A stretch of 64,000 bases of DNA from Candidatus Spyradocola sp. GTDB taxonomy: Bacteria; Bacillota; Clostridia; Christensenellales; UBA1750. This document shows positions 19,842-30,333 of this stretch, piece by piece (the stretch's first letter is position 1; every line of letters begins with the position of its first letter). Both the position numbers and the translations under genes were made by a program. Below the pieces are notes generated by a model. The model had not been told where the DNA came from and searched no databases. It saw nothing but the letters and a program-made list of their open reading frames with translations. The stretch covers positions 2,823 to 66,822 of the forward strand of contig JBMNOF010000001.1 in assembly GCA_050942925.1 (NCBI GenBank), written 5' to 3'.

Positions 19842-22580
19842 TTATTCCACTTCCTCCATGACGAAGCACTCGATGATGTCCTGCTCCTTCATGTCGTTGT
19901 ATCCCTCCAGGCCGATGCCGCACTCGTAGCCGGCCGCGACCTCGCGCGCGTCGTCCTTAAAGCGCTTGAGGGAGTCGAGGTTGCCCTCGAAGATGACCAC
20001 GTTGTCGCGCAGCAGGCGGACCTTGCCGTTGCGGCGCATGACGCCCTCCGTGACCATGCAGCCGGCGATGGTGCCCACGCCCGAGACGCGGAAGGTCTGG
20101 CGGACCTCGGCGCGGCCCAGGATGACCTCCTTGAACTTGGGGGCGAGCAGGCCCTTCATCGCGGCCTTGACCTCGTCGATGGCGTCGTAGATGATGCGGT
20201 AGAGGCGCACATCCACGCCCTCGCGCTCGGCCAGCGTGCGGGCCTTGGCGTCCGGACGGACGTTGAAGCCCACGACAATGGCGTTGGAGGACGCCGCCAG
20301 CGAAATATCGCTCTCGTTGATGGCGCCGACGCCGCCATGGATGCAGCGCACGCGGACTTCGTCGTTGGAGAGCTTCTCCAAGGACGAGCGCACGGCCTCG
20401 ACAGAGCCCTGGACGTCCGCCTTGATGACGAGGTTGAGGTCCTTGATCTCGCCCTCCTGCATCTGGTTGAACAGGTCGTCCAGCGTGGTCTTTTGCAGGG
20501 ACTTGAGCTGCGAATCCTTGATCTTGTCGCGGCGCTCCTCGGCGACCTGGCGGGCGAGCTTTTCGTCCTCGGTGACGTGGAGGATATCGCCCGCATCGGG
20601 AACATCGTTAAAGCCGATGATCTCCACAGGCGTGGAGGGGCCGGCATCCGTGATGCGCTCTCCCTTGTCGTTGACCATGGCGCGCACACGGCCATAGGCC
20701 GTGCCCGCGACGATGTTGTCGCCGACGTGGATGGTACCGCTCTGCACAAGGAGCGTGGCCACCGGGCCGCGGCCCTTGTCCAGCCGCGCCTCGATGATGG
20801 TGCCGCGGGCCGGACGGTTGGGGTTGGCCTTGAGCTCCTTCATCTCGGCTGTGAGCAGGATCATCTCCAGCAAGTTATCAATGCCCATCTCCGTCGCGGC
20901 CGATACCGGGACGCAGATCACGTCGCCGCCCCAATCCTCGGGAACGAGCTCGTGCTCGGTCAGCTCCTGCTTGACGCGCTCGGGGTTGGCGGTGGGCTTA
21001 TCCATCTTGTTGATGGCCACGATGATGGGCACGCCGGCGGCCTTGGAGTGGTTGATGGCCTCCACGGTCTGCGGCATGATGCCGTCGTCCGCCGCGACCA
21101 CCAGCACGACGATGTCCGTGCACTGGGCGCCGCGCATACGCATGGCGGTAAAGGCCTCGTGACCGGGGGTGTCCAGGAAGGTGATCTTCTGGCCGTGGAT
21201 TTCGGCGGTATAGGCGCCGATGTGCTGGGTGATGCCGCCCGCCTCGCTGGCGGTGACGTGGGTTCTGCGGATGCAGTCCAGCAAAGAGGTCTTGCCGTGG
21301 TCGACGTGGCCCATGATGGTGACGACCGGGGGCCGGGGCACGAGGTCTTCGGGTTTGTCCTCCTGGGCCTCGCCCTCCTCCAGCGTCTCCTCGTAGGTCT
21401 TTTCCTTCTTCATCTCGAGCTCGATGCCGAACTCGCTGCAGACCAGCTGGGCCGTATCGTAATCCAGTTCCTGGTTGATCGTTGCCATGATGCCAAGGAG
21501 CAGGAGCTTTTTGATGATCTCGCCCGCGGGCTTGCCGATGCGCTCGGTCAGGTCCTTGACGGTGATCTTTTCCGCCGTCATGTAGGCCTTCTCGATCTTG
21601 ACCGGCTCGGGCCGCGGCTGGTTGTTCTGCTGCTTCTTGGGCTTCTTGCTGCGGCGCCATTCGTCGTCCAGGCCGCCGGCCGCGCGCACGGTCTCCTTCA
21701 TGATCTGCTTCTTCGGCTTCTGGGCCTTCTTCTCCGGATCATGCTGGCGCTGATAGTTGTTCTTGTTCGGGTCGTAATTGCTGACGCGCTCCTTCTCCAT
21801 GACGGGAACGAGCTCCGGCCCGCGGGAACGGGCAAACCCGCCCGAGCGCTGCTGCGGCGCACGGCGCTGCTGCGGCGCGTCGGAATCCTTGTCCCGCGGC
21901 GTGAACGGACGCCCGCCGTCGCGCTGGCCGTAGGGGCGGTTGCCGCCCTGACCAAAGGACTTCTGCTGGCCGTCGCGCTGGCCATAGGGACGCTGCTGGC
22001 CGTCGCGCTGGCCATAGGGACGGTTCGCGCCCTGCTGCTGGCCCGCAAAGCGCGGGTTCTGGCGGTTGACCAAGGCGTTGGGATCGTTGGGGTTGGGCAC
22101 GAAGGGCCGCGGCGTATACGGCTGGCGCGGACCGCGTCCGGCCTGCTGGCTGCGCGGCGCCTGGGCGCCCGGAGTGCCCGGCTGCTGCGGACGGGGCGCG
22201 CGCGGCGCCTCCGCCGGGCGCTGGGGCTCCGCCTTGGGCGCCTCTGCCTTGGGCGCCTCCGGCTGCTGCTGCGCGGCCTGCTCACCGGCCTCGCGCTTGG
22301 CGCGCTCGTGCTCGGCCAGAACCGCGGCGCGAAGGGCCTCTTCCTGCGCGTTGGCGGCGGCGATGCGCTCCTGCTCGGCGCGGATGCGCTCCTGCTCCGC
22401 GCGGACGCGCTCGGCCTCCTCCCGCTCCTTCTGCTCCTTGGCGGCGAGCTGTTCCTCCAGCTTGCGCAGCGCGGCAAGCGCGTCCTGCGTGCCCTCGCGC
22501 GTGCCGGCGATCTTGTCGATGAGCTCCTTGGCGCCCGTGCCGAGGAGCCGCGCCGCGTCGGTCACTTTCATTTTCGTCAT
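19842..22580 (-). CDS. infB: Translation initiation factor IF-2
   Basis: [28 protein letters not shown]; long charged, Gln-rich N-terminus. Confidence 0.98.
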   Translation of the reverse strand: MTKMKVTDAARLLGTGAKELIDKIAGTREGTQDALAALRKLEEQLAAKEQKEREEAERVRAEQERIRAEQERIAAANAQEEALRAAVLAEHERAKREAGEQAAQQQPEAPKAEAPKAEPQRPAEAPRAPRPQQPGTPGAQAPRSQQAGRGPRQPYTPRPFVPNPNDPNALVNRQNPRFAGQQQGANRPYGQRDGQQRPYGQRDGQQKSFGQGGNRPYGQRDGGRPFTPRDKDSDAPQQRRAPQQRSGGFARSRGPELVPVMEKERVSNYDPNKNNYQRQHDPEKKAQKPKKQIMKETVRAAGGLDDEWRRSKKPKKQQNNQPRPEPVKIEKAYMTAEKITVKDLTERIGKPAGEIIKKLLLLGIMATINQELDYDTAQLVCSEFGIELEMKKEKTYEETLEEGEAQEDKPEDLVPRPPVVTIMGHVDHGKTSLLDCIRRTHVTASEAGGITQHIGAYTAEIHGQKITFLDTPGHEAFTAMRMRGAQCTDIVVLVVAADDGIMPQTVEAINHSKAAGVPIIVAINKMDKPTANPERVKQELTEHELVPEDWGGDVICVPVSAATEMGIDNLLEMILLTAEMKELKANPNRPARGTIIEARLDKGRGPVATLLVQSGTIHVGDNIVAGTAYGRVRAMVNDKGERITDAGPSTPVEIIGFNDVPDAGDILHVTEDEKLARQVAEERRDKIKDSQLKSLQKTTLDDLFNQMQEGEIKDLNLVIKADVQGSVEAVRSSLEKLSNDEVRVRCIHGGVGAINESDISLAASSNAIVVGFNVRPDAKARTLAEREGVDVRLYRIIYDAIDEVKAAMKGLLAPKFKEVILGRAEVRQTFRVSGVGTIAGCMVTEGVMRRNGKVRLLRDNVVIFEGNLDSLKRFKDDAREVAAGYECGIGLEGYNDMKEQDIIECFVMEEVE

Positions 22581-22897
22581 TCTCCTTCTACACCCCCGTG
22601 TTCGTCATTGATCCTGGCAATCGCCTTGGCAAAGCCCTCGTCGCACAGCGCGGCCATGGTCCTTCCGGGCTTGCCGATGCATGCGCCCAAATCCTGCACG
22701 TAAAGGAGCGGGAGTGCATACGCCGCGGCCAGTTTGTCCATTGTGGTCCTGGTATTTGTGCTTGCCGTCTCTTCCGCAAGCAGCAGGGCGGCCTCGCCCT
22801 TGCGCACCGCGGCGCGCACCGCGGTTTCGCCGGAGCGGATTCTCCCGGCCTTAGCCGACAGGGAGATCATGCCGCGCAGTTTCCTTTGCACGCGCAT
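22577..22897 (-). CDS. ylxQ: L7Ae-family RNA-binding protein YlxQ
   Basis: [25 protein letters not shown]; position before infB. Confidence 0.8.
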   Translation of the reverse strand: MRVQRKLRGMISLSAKAGRIRSGETAVRAAVRKGEAALLLAEETASTNTRTTMDKLAAAYALPLLYVQDLGACIGKPGRTMAALCDEGFAKAIARINDEHGGVEGE

Positions 22898-23153
22898 CCA
22901 ACTCCTTTGCAAGCTGCTCGTAGACGGCTGGTTCAATCTTCGCCTCCAGCGTGCGCTCGAGGGTCTTGGACTTGCGCGCCTTCTCCAGGCAAGCGCTGGA
23001 GGGGCAGACATAGGCGCCCCGGCCCGCGGCCTTGCCCGTGCGGTCGAGCATGACGTCGCCCTCGGGTGGGCGCACCACGCGGATGAGCTCCTTTTTGGGC
23101 TTCATCTCGCGACATCCCACGCACATGCGCATGGGGATCTTCTTTTGCTTCAA
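22851..23153 (-). CDS. ylxR: YlxR (RNase P modulator RnpM) family protein
   Basis: PMRMCVGC, GRGAYVC; TTG start. Confidence 0.9.
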   Translation of the reverse strand: MKQKKIPMRMCVGCREMKPKKELIRVVRPPEGDVMLDRTGKAAGRGAYVCPSSACLEKARKSKTLERTLEAKIEPAVYEQLAKELDARAKETARHDLPVG

Positions 23154-23159
23154 GCCTCT

Positions 23160-24206
23160 TTACACCCCCATGCTCTCTTCCATCTGGGACTGGGACTTGA
23201 TGTCGATCTTCCAGCCGGTGAGCTTGGCGGCCAGGCGCGCGTTCTGCCCCTCCTTGCCAATGGCCAGGGACAGCTGGTTGTCCAGCACGACGACCTTGGC
23301 GGCCTTCTCGTGCTCGTTGACGAACACGCCCACGACCTTGGCCGGGGAAAGCGCCTGCGCGATGTACTCCGCAGGGTCGGAGGACCACTTGATGATGTCG
23401 ATCTTCTCGCCCCGGAGCTCGTTGACGATGCTCTCGACGCGCGTTCCACGCTGGCCGACGCACGCGCCGACGGGATCGACCGCCGCGTCCGAGGAATAGA
23501 CCGCCATCTTGGTGCGGTAGCCGGCCTCGCGCGCGATGGACTTGATCTGCACGACGCCCGTCTGGATCTCGGGCACCTCCATCTCAAAGAGGCGCTTGAC
23601 CAGGCCGGAATGCGTGCGGGAGACCATGACCTGCGGCCCCTTCTGGGAACGGCTGACCTCCATGACGTAGACCTTGATGCGGTCGCCGACGTGGAACTCC
23701 TCGTCCGGCATCTGCTGGGAGGGCTCCAGCACGCCTTCGGTGCGGTTGAGGTCGACATAGACCGTCTTGCCCTCGATGCGAAGGACGATGGCCGTCAAAA
23801 TTTCGGCTTCCTTCTCGATGTACTCGTCGTAGATCACGCCGCGCTCCGCCTCGCGGATGCGCTGGACGATGACCTGCTTGGCCGCCTGCGCCGCGATGCG
23901 CCCGAAGTTCCGGGGCGTGACCTCCACTTCCACGATGTCGCCCAGCTGGTACTTGTTGTCCACGGCGGGGCTGTCCACGGAGATCTCCAGCTGCGGATTT
24001 TCCACCTGCTCGACGACCTTTTTCTGCGCGTAGACCGCGACCTCGCCGGTGATGGCGTCCAGCGTCACGCGCGCGTTGGAGGCGGAGTCAAAGTTCTTCT
24101 TGTAGGCGGACATCAGCGCCTGCTCAATGGCCTCCAGCAGGACCTCTTTCTTGATTCTGCGGGTCTTGCACAGCTCGTTCAACGCCTCTACAAACTCTAC
24201 ATTCAT
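23160..24206 (-). CDS. nusA: Transcription factor NusA
   Basis: FGRIAAQAAKQ, AREAGYRTK, GACVG, AIGKEGQNARLA. Confidence 0.97.
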   Translation of the reverse strand: MNVEFVEALNELCKTRRIKKEVLLEAIEQALMSAYKKNFDSASNARVTLDAITGEVAVYAQKKVVEQVENPQLEISVDSPAVDNKYQLGDIVEVEVTPRNFGRIAAQAAKQVIVQRIREAERGVIYDEYIEKEAEILTAIVLRIEGKTVYVDLNRTEGVLEPSQQMPDEEFHVGDRIKVYVMEVSRSQKGPQVMVSRTHSGLVKRLFEMEVPEIQTGVVQIKSIAREAGYRTKMAVYSSDAAVDPVGACVGQRGTRVESIVNELRGEKIDIIKWSSDPAEYIAQALSPAKVVGVFVNEHEKAAKVVVLDNQLSLAIGKEGQNARLAAKLTGWKIDIKSQSQMEESMGV

Positions 24207-24679
24207 GGCTTTTCCTCCTCCTCGATGTCCTCATACTCGATCACGGGCTTGATCAGCGCGCAGGCCTTGCGGGCAAAGCGCTTTTCGCCCTCTTCCGTGC
24301 GCAGCACGACCTCGTCGCCCTCAAGGCCCACCAGCTCGCCGCGGTGCACCTTGGCCCCATCCTGGGCGCGGTAGAGCTTGACCTCGACCGTTTCGCCCTG
24401 GGCCTTTTCAAAGTCGCGGTCGCGCTTGAGCGGCCGGTCCACACCGGGGGAGGAAATCTCCAAATAGTCGTACTCCAGATCCTCGATCTGCCCGATGATG
24501 GCGTGATGGAACGCGGCGCAGTCGTCCAGCGACATGCCGCCCTCCTTGTCCACATAAATGCGCAAAAAAGCCGCGCCGTGCTCCTTTGCGAGCTCGACGT
24601 CGACAAATTCATATCCCATTTTCTGCGCGAGACGCTCCGCTCTCTCCTCAGCTATTGCCGTCACGCTCTTTTTTGCCAA
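24203..24679 (-). CDS. rimP: Ribosome maturation factor RimP
   Basis: LRIYVDK..G..LDDC, YLEISSPGVDRPL; TTG start after GGAGG. Confidence 0.92.
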   Translation of the reverse strand: MAKKSVTAIAEERAERLAQKMGYEFVDVELAKEHGAAFLRIYVDKEGGMSLDDCAAFHHAIIGQIEDLEYDYLEISSPGVDRPLKRDRDFEKAQGETVEVKLYRAQDGAKVHRGELVGLEGDEVVLRTEEGEKRFARKACALIKPVIEYEDIEEEEKP

Positions 24680-24743
24680 TGCTCTTCCTCCGAATCCGCT
24701 GCGAGGGATGGACTGGTCCGCGCCGCCGCGCGGGACCCTTTCA

Positions 24744-24778
24744 CAATAGTAAAGAGCGGGCACATACCTCCCACTCTC
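24744..24778 (-). promoter_or_regulatory. rimP leader hairpin (attenuator-like)
   Basis: AGAGUGGG/CCCGCUCU stem followed by UUACUAUU; matches the conserved rimP/ylxS leader. Confidence 0.65.
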
Positions 24779-24800
24779 ACCGTCGCTGCAATGCAAGGAT

Positions 24801-24829
24801 AGTATACCACCGTTTTCACCTGAGCACAA
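24801..24829 (-). promoter_or_regulatory. sigma-A promoter of rimP-nusA-infB operon
   Basis: TTGTGC-17 bp-TATACT with TG extension. Confidence 0.7.
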
Positions 24830-24917
24830 GAGAAAAACAGGAATTTTACCCGCAAATTTCGCCGCAAACCCCGGAAAAAATGGGGAAAGAAGGCCAACCT
24901 TCCTCCCCCATTCCCGG

Positions 24918-27900
24918 TCAGAAGAGCGTCACCTGCGAGGTCTCCGGCAGGCCGCGCAGAGCGCCGGCAAGGCGCAGCTGTTCGATGGTGCCGGAGCTTG
25001 CGCCGGCGCGGTTTTTGAGGTCCTCCACGGAGATGAAGGGCCGATTTTCCTGCACCGCTTCGCGGCAGGCAGCGTAGAGCGTTTCCGCCGCGGCGCCGCC
25101 CACGCCCGGCAGCCGGTTGAACGGCGGCCGGATCTTGCCCTCCTGGATGAGGAACTCGTCCGCGCAGGACTTGTACAAGTCCACCGGCAGGAACTCGATG
25201 CCCCGCGCGCGCATCTCGTAGACGAGCTCCAGCAGCGTGTAGGTGTCGTCGTCCTTGGCGGTGCGCTCGTTTTTGCCGAGCTTGTCGATGCGCTTCATCT
25301 CCGCGTCGAGCTCCTCGGGCTCGCGCAGCATGAGGATGGCGTCAAAGTTGTCCGCGCGCACGGTGTAGAACGTCGCATAGTACTCCAAGGGGCGGTAGAC
25401 CTTGAACCAGGCCACGCGCAGCGCCATCATGACGTAGGCGGCGGCGTGTCCCTTGGGGAACATGTACTTGATCTTCTTGCAGGAGTCCACGTAGTACTCG
25501 GGGACGTTGTTCTCGTGCATGGCCTGCTCCATCTCCGGCGTCAGGCCGCGGCCCTTTCGCACGGATTCCATCGTGGTAAAGGCCATCTTCGGCGCAACGC
25601 CCATGGAGATCAGGTAGTTCATGATGTCGTCGCGGGTACAGAAGCAGTCGTTCAGCTTGCAGATGCCCTGCAGGATCAGGTCCTGGGCGTTGTTGAGCCA
25701 GACGTCCGTGCCGTGCGAAAGGCCCGAGATGCGGATGAGCTCGGCCATGGTGGAGGGCTTTGTGTCCTCCAGCATTTGGCGCACGAACTTGGTGCCGAAC
25801 TCCGGGATGCCCAGCGTTCCGGTGTTGACGCCGCGGATCTGGTTGGGCGCAAGGTCCAGCGGTTCCGGTGAGGAAAAGAGGCCCAGGACCTTTTTGTCGT
25901 TGAGCGGCAAGTCGACCGCGTGGATGCCGGTCAGGCGCTCGAGCATGTTGATCATGGTCGGGTCATCGTGCCCGAGCACGTCGAGCTTGACGAGGATGTC
26001 GTGCAGGGAGCCAAAGTCGAAGTGCGTGGTGATGATGCCGGAGCCCTTGTCGTCCGCGGGGTGCTGGATGGGCGAGAACTGGTAGATGCTGTACTCTTCG
26101 GGCACGATGACCATGCCGGCGGGGTGCTGGCCGGTGGTGCGCTTGACGCCCACGCACCCCTGGACCAAGCGGTCCATCTCCATGGAGGTCGCGCGGTGCC
26201 CGGTCTCCTCGCACCACTTTTTGACGTAGCCGTAGGCGGTCTTATCGGCCAAGGTGCCGATGGTGCCGGCCTTAAAGACCTTGCCCTCGCCAAAGAGCTG
26301 GCGCACGTACTCGTGGGCGCGGTGCTGGTAAATTCCCGAGAAGTTGAGGTCAATATCCGGGACCTTGTCGCCGTTGAAGCCGAGGAAGACCTCAAAGGGG
26401 ATGTCGTAGCCATTGTGCTTGAGGTCTGCGCCGCAGCGGGGGCACTTGCGCTCCGGCAGGTCGATGCCGCAGGGATACTTGTGCACGTCGACGTCAAAGT
26501 CCGAGAACTGGCAGTTCGGGCAGACGTAGTGCGGCGGCAGGGGATTGACCTCGGTGATGTTGCACATGGTCGCGGCAAACGAAGAGCCGACCGAGCCGCG
26601 GCTGCCCACGAGGAAGCCGTCCTCGTTGGACTTTTTGACCAACAGGTGCGCGGAGTAATACAGCGTGCCAAAGCCGTGGCCGAGGATGGACTTGAGCTCC
26701 CGCTCCAGCCGGGCGGAGACGATCTCCGGCAGGGGATTGCCATAGATCTTGCTGGCGTTTTCCCACGCCATGCGCTCGATCTCCTCCTCCGCGTGGGGGA
26801 GCTGGGGCTGAAAGGTCTCCTCGTTGCGCGGGTGCTTGGGGAACATCTTGATCTCGCCCACCATGTCCGCGATCTTGCGGGGGTTGTCGATGACGACCTC
26901 CCGCGTGCGGTCGCCCAGGTACGCGAACTCGTCGAGCATCTCGCGCGTGGTGCGGAAGTAGAGCGGCGCCTGCAGGCTGGCGTCCTCAAAGCCCATGCCG
27001 GTCATGAGGATCTCGCGGAAGACGGCGTCCTCGGGGTCCAGGAAGTGGACGTCGCAGGTGGCGCACACGGGCTTGCCGAGCTTGTCGCCCAGGCGCAGCA
27101 CGCGGCGGTTGAGGTCCTGCAGGCCCTTCTCGTCCGCGATCTGGCCATTGCGGACCATGAAGGCGTTGTTGCCCGTGGGCTGGATCTCCAGGTAGTCGTA
27201 GAACGCGGCGATGCGCTCGATTTCCCGCTCGCTCTTGCCCTCGACCATGGCGCGGATCAGCTCGCCCGCCTCGCACGCGGAACCGACGATCAGGCCCTCG
27301 CGCCGCTGCTTCAGCTCGGACTTGAGGATGTGCGGCCGGCGGTCGAAGTGCTTGAGGTGCGCGTCGGAGACCAAGCGGTAGAGGTTTTCCAATCCCGTGC
27401 GGTTCTTGGCGAGCAGCACGATGTGATAGGAGGTGCCCGCCGCCGCGACGCGCTCGCCGAGCTTTTCGTTGAGGTCCCGCAGGGTGATGACGCCGTGGCG
27501 CTCCTTGGCGCGGTCCAAGAGGCGCAGGAGCATGTGCGCGGTGGCGCGCGTGTCAAAGAGCGCGCGGTGGTGGTTATCGAGCTTGATGTCCAGCTTTTTG
27601 CAGACCTGGTCGAGCTTGTGGCGCTTGAGCTCGGTCATGACCGCCCGCGCCAGCGGCAGGGTGTCCAGCACGGACCCGGGCAGCTCCACGCCCGCCTTGT
27701 CGGCCTCAATGCGCAGGAACCCGATGTCAAAGGAGGCGTTGTGCGCGCAGACGACGTGCCCCCGGCAAAACTCCGCGAGCTTCCCCATGACCTCGCCGAT
27801 GCGCGGCGCGCCGGCGACCATGTCGTCCGTGATGCCGTGGACCTTGGTGGTTTCGGCGGGAATGTGCATGCCGGGATCGACCATGGTGTGGTATTCGTCC

Positions 27901-29237
27901 AGGATCTTGTCGTCCGCGCCGATCTTGACGGCGGCGATTTCGACGATGCGGTCCTTGCCCATGATCAGGCCCGTCGTCTCGATGTCCAGCACGACGTAGG
28001 TGCGGTCGACGCTGCCGTCGTCCGGATCGCTGACGATCACGCCGCTGTCGTCGATGAGGTAGCCCTCCATGCCCGGGATGAGCTTGATCTTCTTGCCCTC
28101 CTTGTCGAGCTTCTTGATCGTGTCAAAGGCCTCGGGGTAGGCCTGCACGACGCCGTGGTCCGTGATGGCGATGGCCTCGTGGCCCCACTCGGCCGCGCGC
28201 CGGATGAGCGCGGAAGCGGACGAAACGCCGTCCATGTTGCTCATCTGCGTGTGCAGGTGGAGCTCGACGCGCTTGACCTCTTCCTCGTCCTTGCGCGGGG
28301 TCCAGGGCATCTGCTGCACGTCGTCCACCATCAAGGCGAGCTCCTTGGAGAAGGTATCCCACTGGCAGACGCCGCGCACCCGCACGCGGATGCCGGGCTT
28401 GAGCCCGGGGATCTCCTTTCCCTCGCCCTGTTCGGCGTTCAGAAACACCTTGCACAGGAGGGACCCCGTGTAATCCGTGACGCCGAAGGTGACCAGCGTC
28501 TTGCTGCCCCCGCGCAGCTCCTTGCTCTCGATCTTCTTGAGCACAAAGCCCTCGAGGGTGACGCGCCCGCTCGTTTCGCTCAGGTCGCCGATGGGCTCGC
28601 TCGTGCTGCCCGTGATCTTGCGGCCGTAGAGCACGTGGGGGCCCTCCGGCTTTTTCTTCTCCTGCACCTGGTCGCCCATGTGCTTCAGGAGCTCGGCGTC
28701 CATGCGCCGCCGCTCCTCCAGGAAGGTCTCCAGCGCCTGCTCCTGCTCGCGGGAGATGATCTGCACGGCGGCCTCCCGCCGGAAGACCTGGGCGAGGATT
28801 TTGCCGATCGCCTCGTCCGCCCGGCGCATGAGGAGCAGGTCCGCGGCGATCTTGGCGCGCACCGTGAGGGTGACGGTATTCTTTTCCACCGTCCAGCTCG
28901 CGCCGGCCAGGTGCGGACGGACCGAGGGCATCTGCGCGGCGAGCGCGTCCGTGAGCCAGGCGGCGTACTTTTCCGGGTCCGCCATAAAGTCGTCCGCAAG
29001 CGTCGGGCAGGCGACCAGCACGTCCACCTGCAGACCGCTCCGCTTGCCGAACATCTCGATCAAGCCCTGCTTGATGCTGGCGTACTCCTCATGGGTGAGC
29101 ATCTGTCCCGCCTGAAAGCGCACGACGAGGCGCCCCGTCTTCTTGTGCACGGTGACGTGCTCCAGCGTGAGCTTGTCCACCGGCGCCTTGGGCGCGGCCT
29201 TCTGTAATCTTTCCTTCCACTCCACGGCGGCGGCCAT
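24918..29237 (-). CDS. polC: DNA polymerase III PolC
   Basis: OB fold, PHP (ELHLHTQMS, ITDHG), inserted DEDD exonuclease (VLDIETTG), GSRGSVGSS, Zn finger, DKVPDIDLNF. Confidence 0.97.
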   Translation of the reverse strand: MAAAVEWKERLQKAAPKAPVDKLTLEHVTVHKKTGRLVVRFQAGQMLTHEEYASIKQGLIEMFGKRSGLQVDVLVACPTLADDFMADPEKYAAWLTDALAAQMPSVRPHLAGASWTVEKNTVTLTVRAKIAADLLLMRRADEAIGKILAQVFRREAAVQIISREQEQALETFLEERRRMDAELLKHMGDQVQEKKKPEGPHVLYGRKITGSTSEPIGDLSETSGRVTLEGFVLKKIESKELRGGSKTLVTFGVTDYTGSLLCKVFLNAEQGEGKEIPGLKPGIRVRVRGVCQWDTFSKELALMVDDVQQMPWTPRKDEEEVKRVELHLHTQMSNMDGVSSASALIRRAAEWGHEAIAITDHGVVQAYPEAFDTIKKLDKEGKKIKLIPGMEGYLIDDSGVIVSDPDDGSVDRTYVVLDIETTGLIMGKDRIVEIAAVKIGADDKILDEYHTMVDPGMHIPAETTKVHGITDDMVAGAPRIGEVMGKLAEFCRGHVVCAHNASFDIGFLRIEADKAGVELPGSVLDTLPLARAVMTELKRHKLDQVCKKLDIKLDNHHRALFDTRATAHMLLRLLDRAKERHGVITLRDLNEKLGERVAAAGTSYHIVLLAKNRTGLENLYRLVSDAHLKHFDRRPHILKSELKQRREGLIVGSACEAGELIRAMVEGKSEREIERIAAFYDYLEIQPTGNNAFMVRNGQIADEKGLQDLNRRVLRLGDKLGKPVCATCDVHFLDPEDAVFREILMTGMGFEDASLQAPLYFRTTREMLDEFAYLGDRTREVVIDNPRKIADMVGEIKMFPKHPRNEETFQPQLPHAEEEIERMAWENASKIYGNPLPEIVSARLERELKSILGHGFGTLYYSAHLLVKKSNEDGFLVGSRGSVGSSFAATMCNITEVNPLPPHYVCPNCQFSDFDVDVHKYPCGIDLPERKCPRCGADLKHNGYDIPFEVFLGFNGDKVPDIDLNFSGIYQHRAHEYVRQLFGEGKVFKAGTIGTLADKTAYGYVKKWCEETGHRATSMEMDRLVQGCVGVKRTTGQHPAGMVIVPEEYSIYQFSPIQHPADDKGSGIITTHFDFGSLHDILVKLDVLGHDDPTMINMLERLTGIHAVDLPLNDKKVLGLFSSPEPLDLAPNQIRGVNTGTLGIPEFGTKFVRQMLEDTKPSTMAELIRISGLSHGTDVWLNNAQDLILQGICKLNDCFCTRDDIMNYLISMGVAPKMAFTTMESVRKGRGLTPEMEQAMHENNVPEYYVDSCKKIKYMFPKGHAAAYVMMALRVAWFKVYRPLEYYATFYTVRADNFDAILMLREPEELDAEMKRIDKLGKNERTAKDDDTYTLLELVYEMRARGIEFLPVDLYKSCADEFLIQEGKIRPPFNRLPGVGGAAAETLYAACREAVQENRPFISVEDLKNRAGASSGTIEQLRLAGALRGLPETSQVTLF

Positions 29238-29256
29238 TTTCTTCCTCCCGATTGTC

Positions 29257-30333
29257 CTACAGTTCGAGTTTTCGATCCATTTCCTTTGCGATGTCCGCGA
29301 TTTCCTGCATCAGGGCGTCGAGCAGCCCCTCCTTGGGCACGCGGCGGACGAGGATGCCGTGGCGGAACAGCGCGCCCGCGCTTGCGCCGCCGGCGATGCC
29401 CACGTCGGCCTGCTTCGCCTCGCCGGGGCCATTGACGACGCAGCCCATGATGGCGACGGTGATGGGCAGCTCCACCCCGGCAAGGCGGTGCTCGACTTCC
29501 TTGGCCAAGGCCTCGACGTCCAGCATCTTGCGGCCGCAGGTGGGGCAGGAAACGATATTGACCGCGTCGCGCCGCAGGCCGATGGCCCGCAGGATGTTGA
29601 GCCCCGCCTCGACCTCGGGCACCGGGTCTCCGGACAGGGAGACGCGGATGGTATCCCCGATGCCGTCCAGCAGGAGGGAGCCAATGCCGATGTCGGACTT
29701 TACGTTCCCCATGCCGCGGCGGCCGGCCTCCGTGACCCCCAGGTGCAGGGGATAGTCGCACAGGGCCGCGACCTTCCGGTAGGCCAGGACGTTCGTGCGC
29801 ACGTCCGAGGCCTTGAGGGAGAGCGCAATGTCATAAAACCCGCAGTCCTCCAGGATGCGGACGTGGCGCAGGGCGGCCTCGACCATGCTGTCGGGCGTCA
29901 CGCCCATGCTGGCCACCAGGTCCTTGGGCAGGCTGCCGGTGTTGACGCCGATGCGGATGGGCACCTTGTGCGCCTTGGCGCAGTCCACGACGCGGCGGAC
30001 GTCCTCCTTGCGCTCGATGTTGCCGGGGTTGATGCGCAGCTTCTGGATGCCGTTTTCCATCGCGCCGATGGCGAGCTTGTGGTCAAAGTGGATGTCCGCA
30101 ACCAGCGGCACGGGCGAGTAGTCCACGAGCTTGCGCACGCTCTGCACGCAGGCCTCGTCGTAGACGGAGATGCGCACGATGTCCGCCCCGGCCCTGTGCA
30201 GCTTTTCGATCTGCGAGAGGGTGGCCATGGCGTCGCGCGTGTCGGTGTTGGTCATGGACTGCACGGAGACCGGCGCGCTTCCGCCGATGTCCACGCGCCC
30301 TACGTGGATGGTTCTGCATGCTCTTCTGCTCAT
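29257..30333 (-). CDS. ispG: HMBPP synthase IspG
   Basis: VQSMTNT, ADIHFD, RINPGN, LHLGVTEAG, CPTCGR, MGCVVNGPGE. Confidence 0.96.
   Translation of the reverse strand: MSRRACRTIHVGRVDIGGSAPVSVQSMTNTDTRDAMATLSQIEKLHRAGADIVRISVYDEACVQSVRKLVDYSPVPLVADIHFDHKLAIGAMENGIQKLRINPGNIERKEDVRRVVDCAKAHKVPIRIGVNTGSLPKDLVASMGVTPDSMVEAALRHVRILEDCGFYDIALSLKASDVRTNVLAYRKVAALCDYPLHLGVTEAGRRGMGNVKSDIGIGSLLLDGIGDTIRVSLSGDPVPEVEAGLNILRAIGLRRDAVNIVSCPTCGRKMLDVEALAKEVEHRLAGVELPITVAIMGCVVNGPGEAKQADVGIAGGASAGALFRHGILVRRVPKEGLLDALMQEIADIAKEMDRKLEL

Noticed and set aside
21915-22035. Near-tandem 30-bp repeats ([10 protein letters not shown])
   Set aside because: Coding low-complexity repeats in the variable IF-2 N-terminus; no spacers, not CRISPR
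24918-29237. Intein or insertion in PolC
   Set aside because: 1439 aa is a normal length and no splice-junction motifs were seen
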